Below, piece after piece: positions 9,294-18,742 of a stretch of DNA of 64,000 nucleotides. The stretch lies in IMG/VR virus record IMGVR_UViG_3300009136_000003. One strand, written 5' to 3'. The position numbers were made by a program, and so were the translations under genes. How positions within the stretch are numbered: position 1 is the stretch's first letter; each line of letters starts with the position of its first letter. Below the pieces are notes generated by a model. That model saw nothing but the letters and a program-made list of their open reading frames with translations, ran no database searches and was not told the origin of the DNA. The stretch comes from an uncultured virus (IMG/VR IMGVR_UViG_3300009136_000003). Taxonomy: Duplodnaviria > Heunggongvirae > Uroviricota > Caudoviricetes > Crassvirales.

Positions 9294-10756
9294 AATGTTT
9301 TTTTAAAGTGGCTTAACGTATAGTTCTTTTTTTTGCTTACTGCTTCGTATATTTCTTTCTCAATACCTCCCTCAGAAAATATCCAATAGACATCTGACTC
9401 TAGCCTCTCTTTGGTTGTCATCCTGTCTCGGCTCTGCCAATAGCTTGTGGCACTAAAGTCTATGTTGTAATACACTAATGCCTCTGCCTTGCGTAACGAG
9501 ATACCTTCTCTGCCTGATACTATCTGCAACGCTATAGACTTATTAGTGTCCTCAAAGACACTAAGCTCGGTGCATAAACTATCTCCATATACTTTCTTTA
9601 GGGCGTTAAGTTCCTCCTTAAACTTATAGAAGATACCTATTTTAGCCAACCCGAAGTTGTCATAAATATACTCTGCTTTCGACAGGTCTAAGATAGTGGA
9701 ATTTCCTGACTCAAACTTGACAGTTCCTGAATACATTTGATGCAGCTTCATCATCAGCTTTACCGGGGTGTCTGCTAGTATAACCTCATCCTTGCCTTCG
9801 ATAACTAATTTCTTTTTTAGCTGAGAAGTCAACCTGTATGTTAACTTTGACATCGGAACGTACAACGTATGCTCCCTTGTGTCAACCTTAAACCCTGCCT
9901 CCTTCTGAGAGTAGCTTATTGTGTGTGGCTTCATAGCCTCGGTTATTGAGTCCCTACCTTTGGAGTAATCCTTAATCATCAGCCCATTAATCTTACGCTC
10001 AGTAACATCCACATAAGTATCGCAGAACCTGTAAAAGTTTTTGAATGATGTGAAAGGATTTCTCTTGATGCCATAAACTTGATGGTAAAACTGACTGTAT
10101 GACTCAGGAGTTGGAGTTCCCGACAGGAGTATCACATAGGGGTTATGCTTTTTAATTATCTCCTTCACCTGCTTTGCTCTATTACTTGGCTTAGGAAATG
10201 CCCCCATACTATGAGCCTCGTCAAGCACAATTAAATCGAACCTCTCAAGAGACTCCACCTTGTGTATTGACTCGTAGTTTATAACCTCCATCTTGTAGTT
10301 AGGCATAAAAAGATTATAGTCACTCTCAATACTAGATATTGCTTTCTTCTTGGTCACAAACAGAACGTGTTTGCAGTTTAGTTTCTGTGCCACAGACAGG
10401 CTAGTGAAAGTCTTTCCTGTTCTAACCTCCATCGCTAGGTAAACAAACCCATCAACAACAATCATCTTAGCTGCCTGTGTGCTAATAGACTCCTGATAGG
10501 GTCTTAGTTTTATAGTTGTCTTCTTTTTATTCATTAGTTCCTTATAAAATTCAACACTTCTGTTTATCTTATCCAATACCTCCTTGTCAATAGTATACTT
10601 TGGTATTGTGATTGTCGTTGCCTTCTTACCTCTGCCTATTTTTTCTTCCCTAGACTGTGTACATATCTCCTGAAGCAGTAAGCATTTTTTATACATCGTA
10701 GCGTCATTGTGAAAGGGCAGTCTTTCAATAATATCCTTACTTTCCATTACTGTCAA
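9290..10756 (-). CDS. SF2 (SNF2/ResIII-like) helicase
   Basis: LRPYQ, MEVRTGKT, INYES, DEAH, LSGTP, GREGISL, QSRDR. Confidence 0.9.
   Translation of the reverse strand: MTVMESKDIIERLPFHNDATMYKKCLLLQEICTQSREEKIGRGKKATTITIPKYTIDKEVLDKINRSVEFYKELMNKKKTTIKLRPYQESISTQAAKMIVVDGFVYLAMEVRTGKTFTSLSVAQKLNCKHVLFVTKKKAISSIESDYNLFMPNYKMEVINYESIHKVESLERFDLIVLDEAHSMGAFPKPSNRAKQVKEIIKKHNPYVILLSGTPTPESYSQFYHQVYGIKRNPFTSFKNFYRFCDTYVDVTERKINGLMIKDYSKGRDSITEAMKPHTISYSQKEAGFKVDTREHTLYVPMSKLTYRLTSQLKKKLVIEGKDEVILADTPVKLMMKLHQMYSGTVKFESGNSTILDLSKAEYIYDNFGLAKIGIFYKFKEELNALKKVYGDSLCTELSVFEDTNKSIALQIVSGREGISLRKAEALVYYNIDFSATSYWQSRDRMTTKERLESDVYWIFSEGGIEKEIYEAVSKKKNYTLSHFKKTL
9543..9564. repeat. Dispersed palindrome TTAGTGTCCTCAAAGACACTAA, inside the helicase CDS
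   Basis: Variant of the GTGTCYTCAAGGACAC family. Confidence 0.7.
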
Positions 10757-13160
10757 ACATTTGAACCTGTGTTGGTAAAGGTTTTGGTTTTATTATCATC
10801 CATCTTCCCGATGGGTCACGCCCTTCTTGAGGCTGTAATCCTGTTGTGTATAATGCATACGACACCAACCACTTGTAAAACCTTGTCCTTGATATAGTCA
10901 TCTTGGCTTTTGGTGCGTAGTCAGGATACTCTCCAATAAAATCAAAATATAAATCCTGCTTCATAAGTTTTGCACCTATCTCAAGAGATGAGTTTTTAAT
11001 ATGCCCCTCAACTAATCCACACCACTCAATAAAATCGTGAGATGTCTCAGCAGACAACTGCCTTGTTTTTAGGTTAACAAACTGACTCTTAACTAATCCT
11101 GTGGAAAGATAATTACTTATGCAGGAAACCATATAGTTGTCGAAGTTACACCACTCATCGTCATTCCAATCAGCAAAGAAGTGCTTACCAAACTCATCAA
11201 GAGGCGTATGGTCTTTGTTAAAGTGTTGATGAAGTTCTATCTCCCATTTTCTCCTAGCGAATGAGTTACCACTACCCTTTATAGCATAGTTGGTTGTGAT
11301 TGCAATCTTAGGTGACTTGCTAAATGGTATCTTAACCGCATCCTTATTCTTCTTTTCTAGTGTTAGTCCCTCTGTAACCACAGAGAACAGTCTCTCAAAG
11401 TCAAAGTGTTTCTTAACATCATCGAAGCAAAGTATCTGCGTATCAGCAGACACTAACTGATAAGGGAACGAGCGTTCAAACGCAAACTGCTTACCATCAA
11501 TGACCACCAACTTTTTCATTTGAGATAGTGCGTTCATAAATAGTCCCTTACCTGTACCACCTTCAGGGTTGTCAGATATAATCTCATCATTCAATATTAC
11601 GGCAGGGCAGTAGCTTAGGTTCTTGTATCCGTGCATCATAAAACCAATTGTAGACTCCATAGTTTTAACCCTACTAATGTCATCACCACATATCCTAGAT
11701 ATAAACTTACCATAGACGCTATTGCTTTCACATATAGTAAACTTTCTATCTATAACGTGGTCTTTCCAAACGTATCCACCTAGGTCAATGTAGTCTATTG
11801 GCTCTACGCTATGGTTTGTTATCTTAACAGCACAGTTTCTGTAGTACAGGTATGACACATCTTTTGTGTCCTCTATGAAGTAAATATCTATTGTAGCCAA
11901 AAGGGTTAGAAAATCCTCTTTAAAGTATCTTACGTGGTCAGCGAAGTAATTATAAATACTTAGGTCATCCAATTGTATTAGGTGATTAAGAATAAAGTCC
12001 TTTATTTCTTTCTCAGACGTATGGTCAATAAGGTTATTAGTAACCTTAACAAACACATAGTTTTTATTTCCTTCGGGACAGAATTTATAAAACCCATTTT
12101 CCTCAAGAAATGTCTTGAATAGTATATGCACTATCTTAATTGTCCCCTTGTCCGACTTAGTCCAAAAACTTTCTATCTCGTTTTCTTTTTCTATTTTATT
12201 AAAGACCGCAGTAATTGTATCGCTATCCAAGTTGGACTCCTCTAGTTGGTAGCGAATCTCTTTTTTTGACACACCACGCCTTAGCTTTGTCTTTACTGAA
12301 TTAAGTTTGTCCTCATCTTCGTAGTACTTAGTTCCAAAGTTACCTGTCTGTGCGTATGCAGAGTCTATTGTTCTTTGTATCTCTAGCTGAGAGAAGTCTG
12401 CGGTTATGTATTGGTTAAGTATATACCCTGCTAAAGCTTTGTTTATTCCGTAGTCATTGAAAGCCATTGCCAACACGTATACGTTTTGATTTCTCTGTCC
12501 CTCAATCATTGGATATTTTTTACTCCACCACTTTACAAGTATCTCTACAACTTTATTTTCATCTGTAATTGGAATGCTCGGTGCGTCTCTAGTAGAAACC
12601 ACCTCTGTATATTCCACCTCATCAATCTTATCCCATACAGATGAGTTATCGTTAATAAAAATTAATGGGTCATACGATTCGTAGCAAACCCTTGATAAGT
12701 TACTACAGGTTTTGTCGAAGTAAGGCGATGCGAAGTGATTGTCTAATGAGTTGAAGTAGTTCTTGTGGTTGTTTATATCAGTAGGTATCTTAACCAATAC
12801 TTTTAATCCATTTCCCGATGGGGATATGAATACAGAGTATACAAACTTATCCTTAGTAAAGTTCTCTTTGTCCTGAAGTAGTTCTTTCTTTTTTGGGTAG
12901 CCATCAAAATCTAAACAGATGAGACCACTATGCTCAGATAGGGACTTATCAGTTCGTTTTATGAATACACCACTAAAACAAATCGCAGGTAGGTTCTTCT
13001 TTAGTTCCTGTCGGTCTGCCTTGTTTGATTCTTTACGTATTTTTTTTACTAGTTCTTTAGTCGCTCCATCCTTGATTCTATTGAGTACAACGCTTATTTG
13101 TTTATGAAATGGAGCTTGAGTTTCTTTTATATTTTTAAATATCGTGACGATTTGTGTCAT
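10737..13160 (-). CDS. Primase-helicase (VirE_N/BT4734-like primase, PriCT-like region, SF3/D5-like helicase); likely start MTQIV at 13160
   Basis: KKNLPAICFSG, HSGLICLDFD, FISPSGNGLK; Walker A GGTGKG, FDDV, ITTN. Confidence 0.85.
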   Translation of the reverse strand: MTQIVTIFKNIKETQAPFHKQISVVLNRIKDGATKELVKKIRKESNKADRQELKKNLPAICFSGVFIKRTDKSLSEHSGLICLDFDGYPKKKELLQDKENFTKDKFVYSVFISPSGNGLKVLVKIPTDINNHKNYFNSLDNHFASPYFDKTCSNLSRVCYESYDPLIFINDNSSVWDKIDEVEYTEVVSTRDAPSIPITDENKVVEILVKWWSKKYPMIEGQRNQNVYVLAMAFNDYGINKALAGYILNQYITADFSQLEIQRTIDSAYAQTGNFGTKYYEDEDKLNSVKTKLRRGVSKKEIRYQLEESNLDSDTITAVFNKIEKENEIESFWTKSDKGTIKIVHILFKTFLEENGFYKFCPEGNKNYVFVKVTNNLIDHTSEKEIKDFILNHLIQLDDLSIYNYFADHVRYFKEDFLTLLATIDIYFIEDTKDVSYLYYRNCAVKITNHSVEPIDYIDLGGYVWKDHVIDRKFTICESNSVYGKFISRICGDDISRVKTMESTIGFMMHGYKNLSYCPAVILNDEIISDNPEGGTGKGLFMNALSQMKKLVVIDGKQFAFERSFPYQLVSADTQILCFDDVKKHFDFERLFSVVTEGLTLEKKNKDAVKIPFSKSPKIAITTNYAIKGSGNSFARRKWEIELHQHFNKDHTPLDEFGKHFFADWNDDEWCNFDNYMVSCISNYLSTGLVKSQFVNLKTRQLSAETSHDFIEWCGLVEGHIKNSSLEIGAKLMKQDLYFDFIGEYPDYAPKAKMTISRTRFYKWLVSYALYTTGLQPQEGRDPSGRWMIIKPKPLPTQVQMFDSNGK

Positions 13161-13312
13161 TTTTATGTCGATTTTATGTTGATTATTTTTTTCTAAGTAT
13201 TTGGTATTCAGCATCTCTGTCTTTAATGCTTATTTTTCTCACATATATATAAAAAAAGTAAATATAAATATATATAATAGTAGTAGTAGTATAGTATATA
13301 AAAAACCAACAC
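13151..13312. other. Putative replication-origin-like element A
   Basis: Phased TGTCA/ATGTCG/ATGTTG hexamers, a TAAGTATTTGGTATTCAGC box, two more hexamers and an AT-rich tract; the same layout recurs at 23668-23836. Confidence 0.5.
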
Positions 13313-13324
13313 GATTTGTTGGGT

Positions 13325-13350
13325 AAAAAAGGGGAGCGTTAACTCCCCTT
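13325..13350 (-). terminator. Rho-independent terminator after the SSB gene
   Basis: Minus strand reads AAGGGGAG-TTAACG-CTCCCC-TTTTTT. Confidence 0.8.
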
Positions 13351-13379
13351 GTTTTAAGCCTCTCTAATAGACTTTCTTT

Positions 13380-13661
13380 TTAAAACGGAAGGTCAGCTCC
13401 TTCATCTTGTGGAAGTGGCATAGCTATTTCCTTTTGTACGTTCCCTTGTGGTTTTGCCTCCCAAGTATCCAACTCGCAGTAGTAACTACCACCTTTGGAC
13501 TGTTTGATGTCTAGGTTTACCCATCCGTTCTTTACGTTGGCTTTTAAGAAGGCAATAGCCTCCTCTACTTTGATTGACTGTCTTCCGATTACGAAAGCAG
13601 GTGCTCCTTCTCTTCTTTTGAATGAGAATCCATCTGCGAAAATCTTTTCTTGTTGTTGCAT
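13380..13661 (-). CDS. Putative single-stranded DNA-binding protein
   Basis: Small beta-rich protein with an acidic DEGADLPF C-terminus, next to the annealase and exonuclease. Confidence 0.65.
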   Translation of the reverse strand: MQQQEKIFADGFSFKRREGAPAFVIGRQSIKVEEAIAFLKANVKNGWVNLDIKQSKGGSYYCELDTWEAKPQGNVQKEIAMPLPQDEGADLPF

Positions 13662-13798
13662 AATTAATTTACTTTAAAGGTTTAATATTAATAGTATATT
13701 CCAAAAAATCAATAGTGCTAATGATGACATCATCTTTAGCTTCTTTATTGTTGCAGGTCATTGGAATCCTAACCCACATTTCTTCTTCTGTCTTTGGC

Positions 13799-14533
13799 TT
13801 AAAGAAACTCATCATAATAAAAGGTTTCTATATCTAACTCAGCATCTGTGCTATAGAATTTATTGTAAACCTCTATAGCCTTCTCAACTTTAAATTCACC
13901 ACCCTTTACAAACTCTTCTGTTGGTCTGTATATACCCATCATACCATTGGTCTTGTCGATAACAACAAATATTAACGGCTTGCCAAAAAGTTTTTGGTAG
14001 ATGTAGCATTGGCTATCGTAGTTGTACTTACGAGCTGACCACTTAAAGTCTTCAATCTTTGATGTGGTCTTGATATCAATCACCATATCGGGGTGAACAA
14101 TATCTGCCTTACCTTTCCACATAACGCCTTTAATCTCAGCGATTGCAGGCACTTCATAGTTGTTATTAGGGTTTCTGATTAGGTCGTACATATCTAAGTT
14201 GCCCATTAGAACAGTAACAAGCTTTCTTAGTTCCTCGCCCTCCTTGTCTAGCAAAGCGAAAAGCACATCATTCTCTACACAGTATTCTTTGTATACTTTA
14301 GTGTTCCTTGATGATGAGTCTACGAACCTTACATTCTCAGCCTTCGATGGCTCAAGTATTAACTGATGAAAATACCTACCCTTAGCAAAATTTGCATTGT
14401 CGGGTAGGCTTATTCCATATTGCTTAGGATTAGTTAGTAACGTTCCTATATCTGAGTTAGACATATACTGCTTACCAAAGTCTCCGTAATAATCCTTATC
14501 GTCTCTTAGTCTTTCTATAGTTTCAGCGTGCAT
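13799..14533 (-). CDS. RecE/Exo VIII-like PD-(D/E)XK exonuclease (DUF3799 type)
   Basis: MSNSDI, GRYFH, WKGKAD, IDIKTT, YNYDSQCYIY. Confidence 0.8.
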   Translation of the reverse strand: MHAETIERLRDDKDYYGDFGKQYMSNSDIGTLLTNPKQYGISLPDNANFAKGRYFHQLILEPSKAENVRFVDSSSRNTKVYKEYCVENDVLFALLDKEGEELRKLVTVLMGNLDMYDLIRNPNNNYEVPAIAEIKGVMWKGKADIVHPDMVIDIKTTSKIEDFKWSARKYNYDSQCYIYQKLFGKPLIFVVIDKTNGMMGIYRPTEEFVKGGEFKVEKAIEVYNKFYSTDAELDIETFYYDEFL

Positions 14534-14538
14534 ATCTA

Positions 14539-15204
14539 TTAGGAATTAAGGATGTTAGATAGTTCTGTCTTTACAGGTGCAGATAGTACGTACTTACGCC
14601 CTACCATTGCTGTTAGCTTCTCGTTGCCTAGAGACTTGTTCTCTTTCACATACGCCATAACATTTTTCCAATTGTCATCACCCTTTTTTAAATTTAGCTT
14701 TGGTGCTTTCTTGTTCTGAACGCTTGTAGCCTTTGCTTTCTCCTGTGCCTCTACTACGTTGTTGTTATTTGATTCAGGCATATCCTCACCTGCGTATATA
14801 TAAATACCCATACCAAACATAGCTAGGTTCTTTACTAGGCATCTCATCATTGTCTTGTTTACGTCAAACATAGTCGCCCCTGCAACCTGCTTCTCTCCGT
14901 ACCTTGTGGTGAAGCTATAAGCCTCTTTCTTCATAGACTTGTTTGCACCGTCCATAACAGGAAGCCACATTGATAACGTCTCACCGTCTATAGTTACTGA
15001 CGAGTGACACATAAAGCCAAGTGCCTCATCGTACTCCGTCTCACCCATTTTGTAGGTGGCATCAGGACAAACCTTTTTTACTTCGCTCCAAGCCCACGCC
15101 CAAGATAGGTACGTGAGATTGTTTTTCTTTTCTGCTTTCGCATTTACATTAATCGCTGACAATTTTTCAAAGGTAGTCAGTTCCTTTTCTTTTGCTTTTG
15201 ACAT
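14539..15204 (-). CDS. Sak/Rad52-like single-strand annealing protein (DUF1071 type)
   Basis: EKKNNLTYLSWAWAW, MWLPVMD, RCLVKNLAMFGMGIYIYAGED. Confidence 0.85.
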   Translation of the reverse strand: MSKAKEKELTTFEKLSAINVNAKAEKKNNLTYLSWAWAWSEVKKVCPDATYKMGETEYDEALGFMCHSSVTIDGETLSMWLPVMDGANKSMKKEAYSFTTRYGEKQVAGATMFDVNKTMMRCLVKNLAMFGMGIYIYAGEDMPESNNNNVVEAQEKAKATSVQNKKAPKLNLKKGDDNWKNVMAYVKENKSLGNEKLTAMVGRKYVLSAPVKTELSNILNS

Positions 15205-15209
15205 TTGAT

Positions 15210-15614
15210 TTAATTTAATTGATTTAATTTTTGATTTATTTTTGAAAACTTTAAAAGAACTTCATCACGTTGTAGCTTTAGTATTCTAATATATTTAATG
15301 TTAGCTCTTCCGTTAATTTCTTGTTTAATTCTACGCTCTATCTTATCTAGTTTTAGACGATAGTTTGACAAAGATATAACATATACTCCATATCTCCAAC
15401 CTTTATCTATAAATTTTTCAAATTCATCTACTTCTATTATTTTATAATGGTCTCCGTTGGCTGCGGTGTTATATATCTGTACGTCTTGGGTCAGGTTATC
15501 TTTTACTATCTTAATTGAGTATAGGATATATGACTCATATTTACCACAACTTAAACTAACAGTTCCTGCATCTTTAGATGCCTGTTCTATTAGTTGTAAT
15601 TTTTTTAGGTTCAT
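15210..15614 (-). CDS. Hypothetical protein
   Basis: ORF in the operon. Confidence 0.65.
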   Translation of the reverse strand: MNLKKLQLIEQASKDAGTVSLSCGKYESYILYSIKIVKDNLTQDVQIYNTAANGDHYKIIEVDEFEKFIDKGWRYGVYVISLSNYRLKLDKIERRIKQEINGRANIKYIRILKLQRDEVLLKFSKINQKLNQLN

Positions 15615-15900
15615 TATTTATCTTTTTAATAAGGTCTTTGTAGTCTTTGTCGCTCTCGATTCTATCAGTCATAATGGCTATACCTTTTATAATTGCAGAA
15701 TGACTTATAGCGTACCCTTCCTCGTTCATATACTCCTGTATATCTCTTATTCTCATAGGTCTATTGAAACAAACGTAGTACAACAAATATCTTGCGTCTA
15801 CTACGTCTCTTCGTTTTAACTTAGTGAATAAAGTTTTAGCATTTATTCCAAAACTATTGCAAACATTTAGCACATACGCTTTAAATATCTCTTGTTTCAT
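15574..15900 (-). CDS. Second DnaA-domain-IV-like HTH protein (likely start MKQEIF at 15900)
   Basis: LFTKLKRRDVVDARYLLYY...HSAIIKGI pattern. Confidence 0.6.
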   Translation of the reverse strand: MKQEIFKAYVLNVCNSFGINAKTLFTKLKRRDVVDARYLLYYVCFNRPMRIRDIQEYMNEEGYAISHSAIIKGIAIMTDRIESDKDYKDLIKKINNEPKKITTNRTGI

Positions 15901-16101
15901 TTGATTTAGGTTTAGGGTAATGGTCTTTGAAAGACTCAAATAGGTCTGTTAAAATTTCAGTTGCGAAGGACGACTCTTCTTCACGCATCTTCATAAATAG
16001 TTCGTTTGATTTTGACATTGTGATTTAATTTAAGATTTAATTCTTCTGTGTTAGTTTGTGTCCAAACTATCTTCATAGCGGTTGTTGTATTAACCCAATC
16101 T

Positions 16102-16437
16102 TTAAGCATTTTTAGATATATACTTGTTATAAAGGTCATCTTCTAACCAATCTATTCTTGTGCTAGTTCTTCCTTCAAAAAAATATCTGCCGTTGCGTAG
16201 CATTTCAATATGGTAACCTCCAACATAAGACATCACGTCAGTACATCTTTCGTTAAGATTAACTTCAGGGAATTTAGTTTCATATTTTTTTCTAGGGGTC
16301 ATAAGTCCTGTGGATACATAATCTTTTTGAGTGTATGTTTCCATATCCAACATCTGTTGTAGACGCTGAATATAAGACTTGGAGTTTGGATAATTTAGTT
16401 TAAGAGATTGTATCTCTTTTTCTATTAAATTTTTCAT
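16102..16437 (-). CDS. Hypothetical early protein
   Basis: ORF directly downstream of a TATCTTTG promoter. Confidence 0.7.
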   Translation of the reverse strand: MKNLIEKEIQSLKLNYPNSKSYIQRLQQMLDMETYTQKDYVSTGLMTPRKKYETKFPEVNLNERCTDVMSYVGGYHIEMLRNGRYFFEGRTSTRIDWLEDDLYNKYISKNA

Positions 16438-16457
16438 TTTATTTTATTTGATTTATG

Positions 16458-16465
16458 CAAAGATA
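16458..16465 (-). promoter_or_regulatory. Bacteroidota sigma-A -7 box TATCTTTG
   Basis: CAAAGATA on the + strand. Shares the spacer CTAAAATTAGAC with the promoter at 20306. Confidence 0.7.
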
Positions 16466-16612
16466 TGTCTAAAATTAGACACTACCTAGGCTTCTTTGTT
16501 TTTTCTCCACCACTATTAGTGCTTTCTTTAACGCAGATATAGTAGCTGCTGCTCCACCTCTTTCAATGGTTTGCTTTAGGTTCGATATTACTTGATTATA
16601 GTCTCTCATCTT

Positions 16613-16822
16613 TTAAAATTTATTAAATACATACCATAACACATAAAAGAAGAAGAAATACCAACTCCATTGGCATAGTATGGCTACTATCATTACGGTG
16701 CATTCTAAGGCGTATGCAAGCCTGTTGTAACCTTTGGTTCTTAGGTAGTTCATTCGTACGTAAGATGGCACTACAAAACTCAGTAGTAGTAGCCCAATCA
16801 TAATCGGTTTAAATGTTTCCAT
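16613..16822 (-). CDS. Small membrane protein
   Basis: Two hydrophobic segments. Confidence 0.6.
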   Translation of the reverse strand: METFKPIMIGLLLLSFVVPSYVRMNYLRTKGYNRLAYALECTVMIVAILCQWSWYFFFFYVLWYVFNKF

Positions 16823-16944
16823 TGTCCTTTAGTTTTTGGTTTTCATTCTCTAGTTCCTTGATTCTCTTTTGTAATGCCTCGACTCTATACTCGTGTTCGG
16901 TTATACTTGTCTGCATTGTCTGTTGTGAAAAGTTTGTCCCCATA

Positions 16945-17145
16945 TTAATAATTCATTATAGGTGTCTGTACGTTTTCGATATCGTAAACCATCTCGATAC
17001 TCTCCTCCATAGTTTCGGTTACTATCATCCTGTGTTTTTTAGCGTACTTTTTTAGTGATGGAAGGCAGGCGATATATACCTCTTCGTGTGTAAACGTAGC
17101 CACCTCTTCTGCGTGGTACTTGCTTTCAAAATATACTTTTATCAT
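16945..17145 (-). CDS. Hypothetical early protein
   Basis: ORF with an A-rich leader. Confidence 0.65.
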   Translation of the reverse strand: MIKVYFESKYHAEEVATFTHEEVYIACLPSLKKYAKKHRMIVTETMEESIEMVYDIENVQTPIMNY

Positions 17146-17238
17146 TTCTATTAAATTTAATTATGGAGTTACAAAACGCACCTCCTTCTACCTAGAAAAC
17201 CCCACACCATTTACGATGTGAGGCTTACCTATTATTGT

Positions 17239-17406
17239 TTAGGGAGTCCCTAACGAATCCCTAATGTATACTAACGTTGTCATTACTGCGTATGCCTCTA
17301 TCCTTGCTCTTTTTAACATAGAGGCTTTCTCTCTGAGTAACTCCCTGTCTATTACTACTTCTAATGTGTTTATTAATTGCTGTTGGTGTTCTATTAGGTT
17401 TTCCAT
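17239..17406 (-). CDS. Hypothetical early protein (55 aa, MENLIEHQQQ...)
   Basis: Translated by hand; follows the promoter at 17430. Confidence 0.6.
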   Translation of the reverse strand: MENLIEHQQQLINTLEVVIDRELLREKASMLKRARIEAYAVMTTLVYIRDSLGTP

Positions 17407-17429
17407 TTATTTTAATTTATTGATTATTA

Positions 17430-17460
17430 CAAATATAATACTAAAAAGTGACTTACACAA
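17430..17460 (-). promoter_or_regulatory. Bacteroidota promoter (-33 TTG, -7 TATATTTG)
   Basis: CAAATATA at 17430-17437, with CAA 20 bp further on. Confidence 0.75.
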
Positions 17461-17496
17461 GTATTTGTGTAACTTGTTGATATTCAGCTTATTAAG

Positions 17497-17516
17497 TAGT
17501 GTCTTCAAGGACACTA
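17497..17516. repeat. Dispersed palindrome TAGTGTCTTCAAGGACACTA
   Basis: One of 8 copies. Confidence 0.9.
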
Positions 17517-17518
17517 GG

Positions 17519-17614
17519 TTTACGGTGATTTTCGGTAATTTACGGTGATTTTCGGTAATTTACGGTAGTAAGTTAACTGCACTTAACTTCACTTAACTGC
17601 ACTTAACTTCACTT
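17519..17614. repeat. Two adjacent 10-bp-period tandem arrays: TTT(A/T)CGGT(G/A)A x5 and TTAACT(G/T)CAC x4
   Basis: Read directly; intergenic. Confidence 0.9.
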
Positions 17615-17633
17615 GTTTATTCTTGTATACAAG

Positions 17634-17900
17634 TTAGCAATACAGTTGAGGTGGCTCTCTATCCATTAGCTTCTTAACCTCTACCACCCAATTAAAATAC
17701 GCCATTGTCTCTGTTGCCTCCTTGAGCATATTTGGTATGTCACCATCTTCCTCGCATTCATCCAAGGAATCTTTAATTCCCATTAACTGCCAATACATCT
17801 CATCGTTGTACTCGTAGCCTCCATACTCTTCAAAAATTTCCCACATCTTAATGTGCATTCTGTTGATTTTTTTTCTGTCTTTTAGTGTCTCTTTTGTCAT
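17634..17900 (-). CDS. Hypothetical early protein
   Basis: ORF track. Confidence 0.65.
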   Translation of the reverse strand: MTKETLKDRKKINRMHIKMWEIFEEYGGYEYNDEMYWQLMGIKDSLDECEEDGDIPNMLKEATETMAYFNWVVEVKKLMDREPPQLYC

Positions 17901-18041
17901 TGTTTTATTATTTTAAAAATAGTTGTTGGTATCTACTAAGGTTTACGGAACAGGTCTCTAGTATTCCTAATACCTCATAAGTTCTTAGTTCTTTTGTGTC
18001 GTACTCATCGTGAAAGTAAATACTATATTGCTCGTTCATAA

Positions 18042-18227
18042 CTAATCTCTTGGATTTGGAATTATCTTTAATATATGTCTATGGGTATACATTTCATCTA
18101 AACTGTATCCTTCTTTACTTTTCAGTATGTAGTTGATAAAGTTGTCGCAATGTTTCTTAGACTCAAAGTCCTTGGTGATTATCCAATCTGTTCCAAAGTC
18201 TGTTTTAAATTGTAGTGTCGTTCTCAT
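18042..18227 (-). CDS. Hypothetical early protein
   Basis: ORF track; its start overlaps the HNH stop. Confidence 0.65.
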   Translation of the reverse strand: MRTTLQFKTDFGTDWIITKDFESKKHCDNFINYILKSKEGYSLDEMYTHRHILKIIPNPRD

Positions 18228-18730
18228 CTGTTTATTTTTTTTAATTCGTTTTGATATGCTTGTGATGCTTCTTTTTCGTTAACAAAACAACCTAAATGTT
18301 TTGATTTTCCATTTATATTTATAGATGCCCTCCATTTAGTTCGCCCTTTTTTTAAAAAAACGCCTGTATATTTTGAAGTTCCTTTTCTATCTTTTGATAA
18401 ATTTTTTCTATGTGTTATTACTTGTAAGTTGTAAAGTTTATTATTTAATTTATTAGTATCTATATGGTCTACAACCATTGTGTGTCCACAAGGTTTATGG
18501 TTTAAGAATGCAAAACCCATTAATTGATTAATAGTTCTTGTGTATCTTTTTTTATTTATATAGATACCTATTTGATAATATCCATTAGCACCAATTGGTT
18601 TTTTTAATATTCTTTCTTTCCCATACTTTAAACTTCTTGCATTTCCTAAGTTGCTTACTTGGTAACTTTCAAATTCAGGTATGGTTTTCCATACCTCTAT
18701 ACCTAATCTACTTAATAGTTTTGCTCTCAT
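18224..18730 (-). mobile_element. Free-standing NUMOD4-HNH-AP2 homing endonuclease gene
   Basis: EVWKTIP..YQVSNLGNARS (NUMOD4), VDHIDTNKLNNKLYNLQ (HNH), SKYTGV..KWRASININGKSKHLGCF..EKEASQAY (AP2). Confidence 0.9.
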
Positions 18731-18742
18731 CTGTTTATTTTT

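Noticed and set aside
17519..17614. CRISPR array
   Set aside because: Units are 10/20 bp and contiguous, with no unique spacers and no cas genes.
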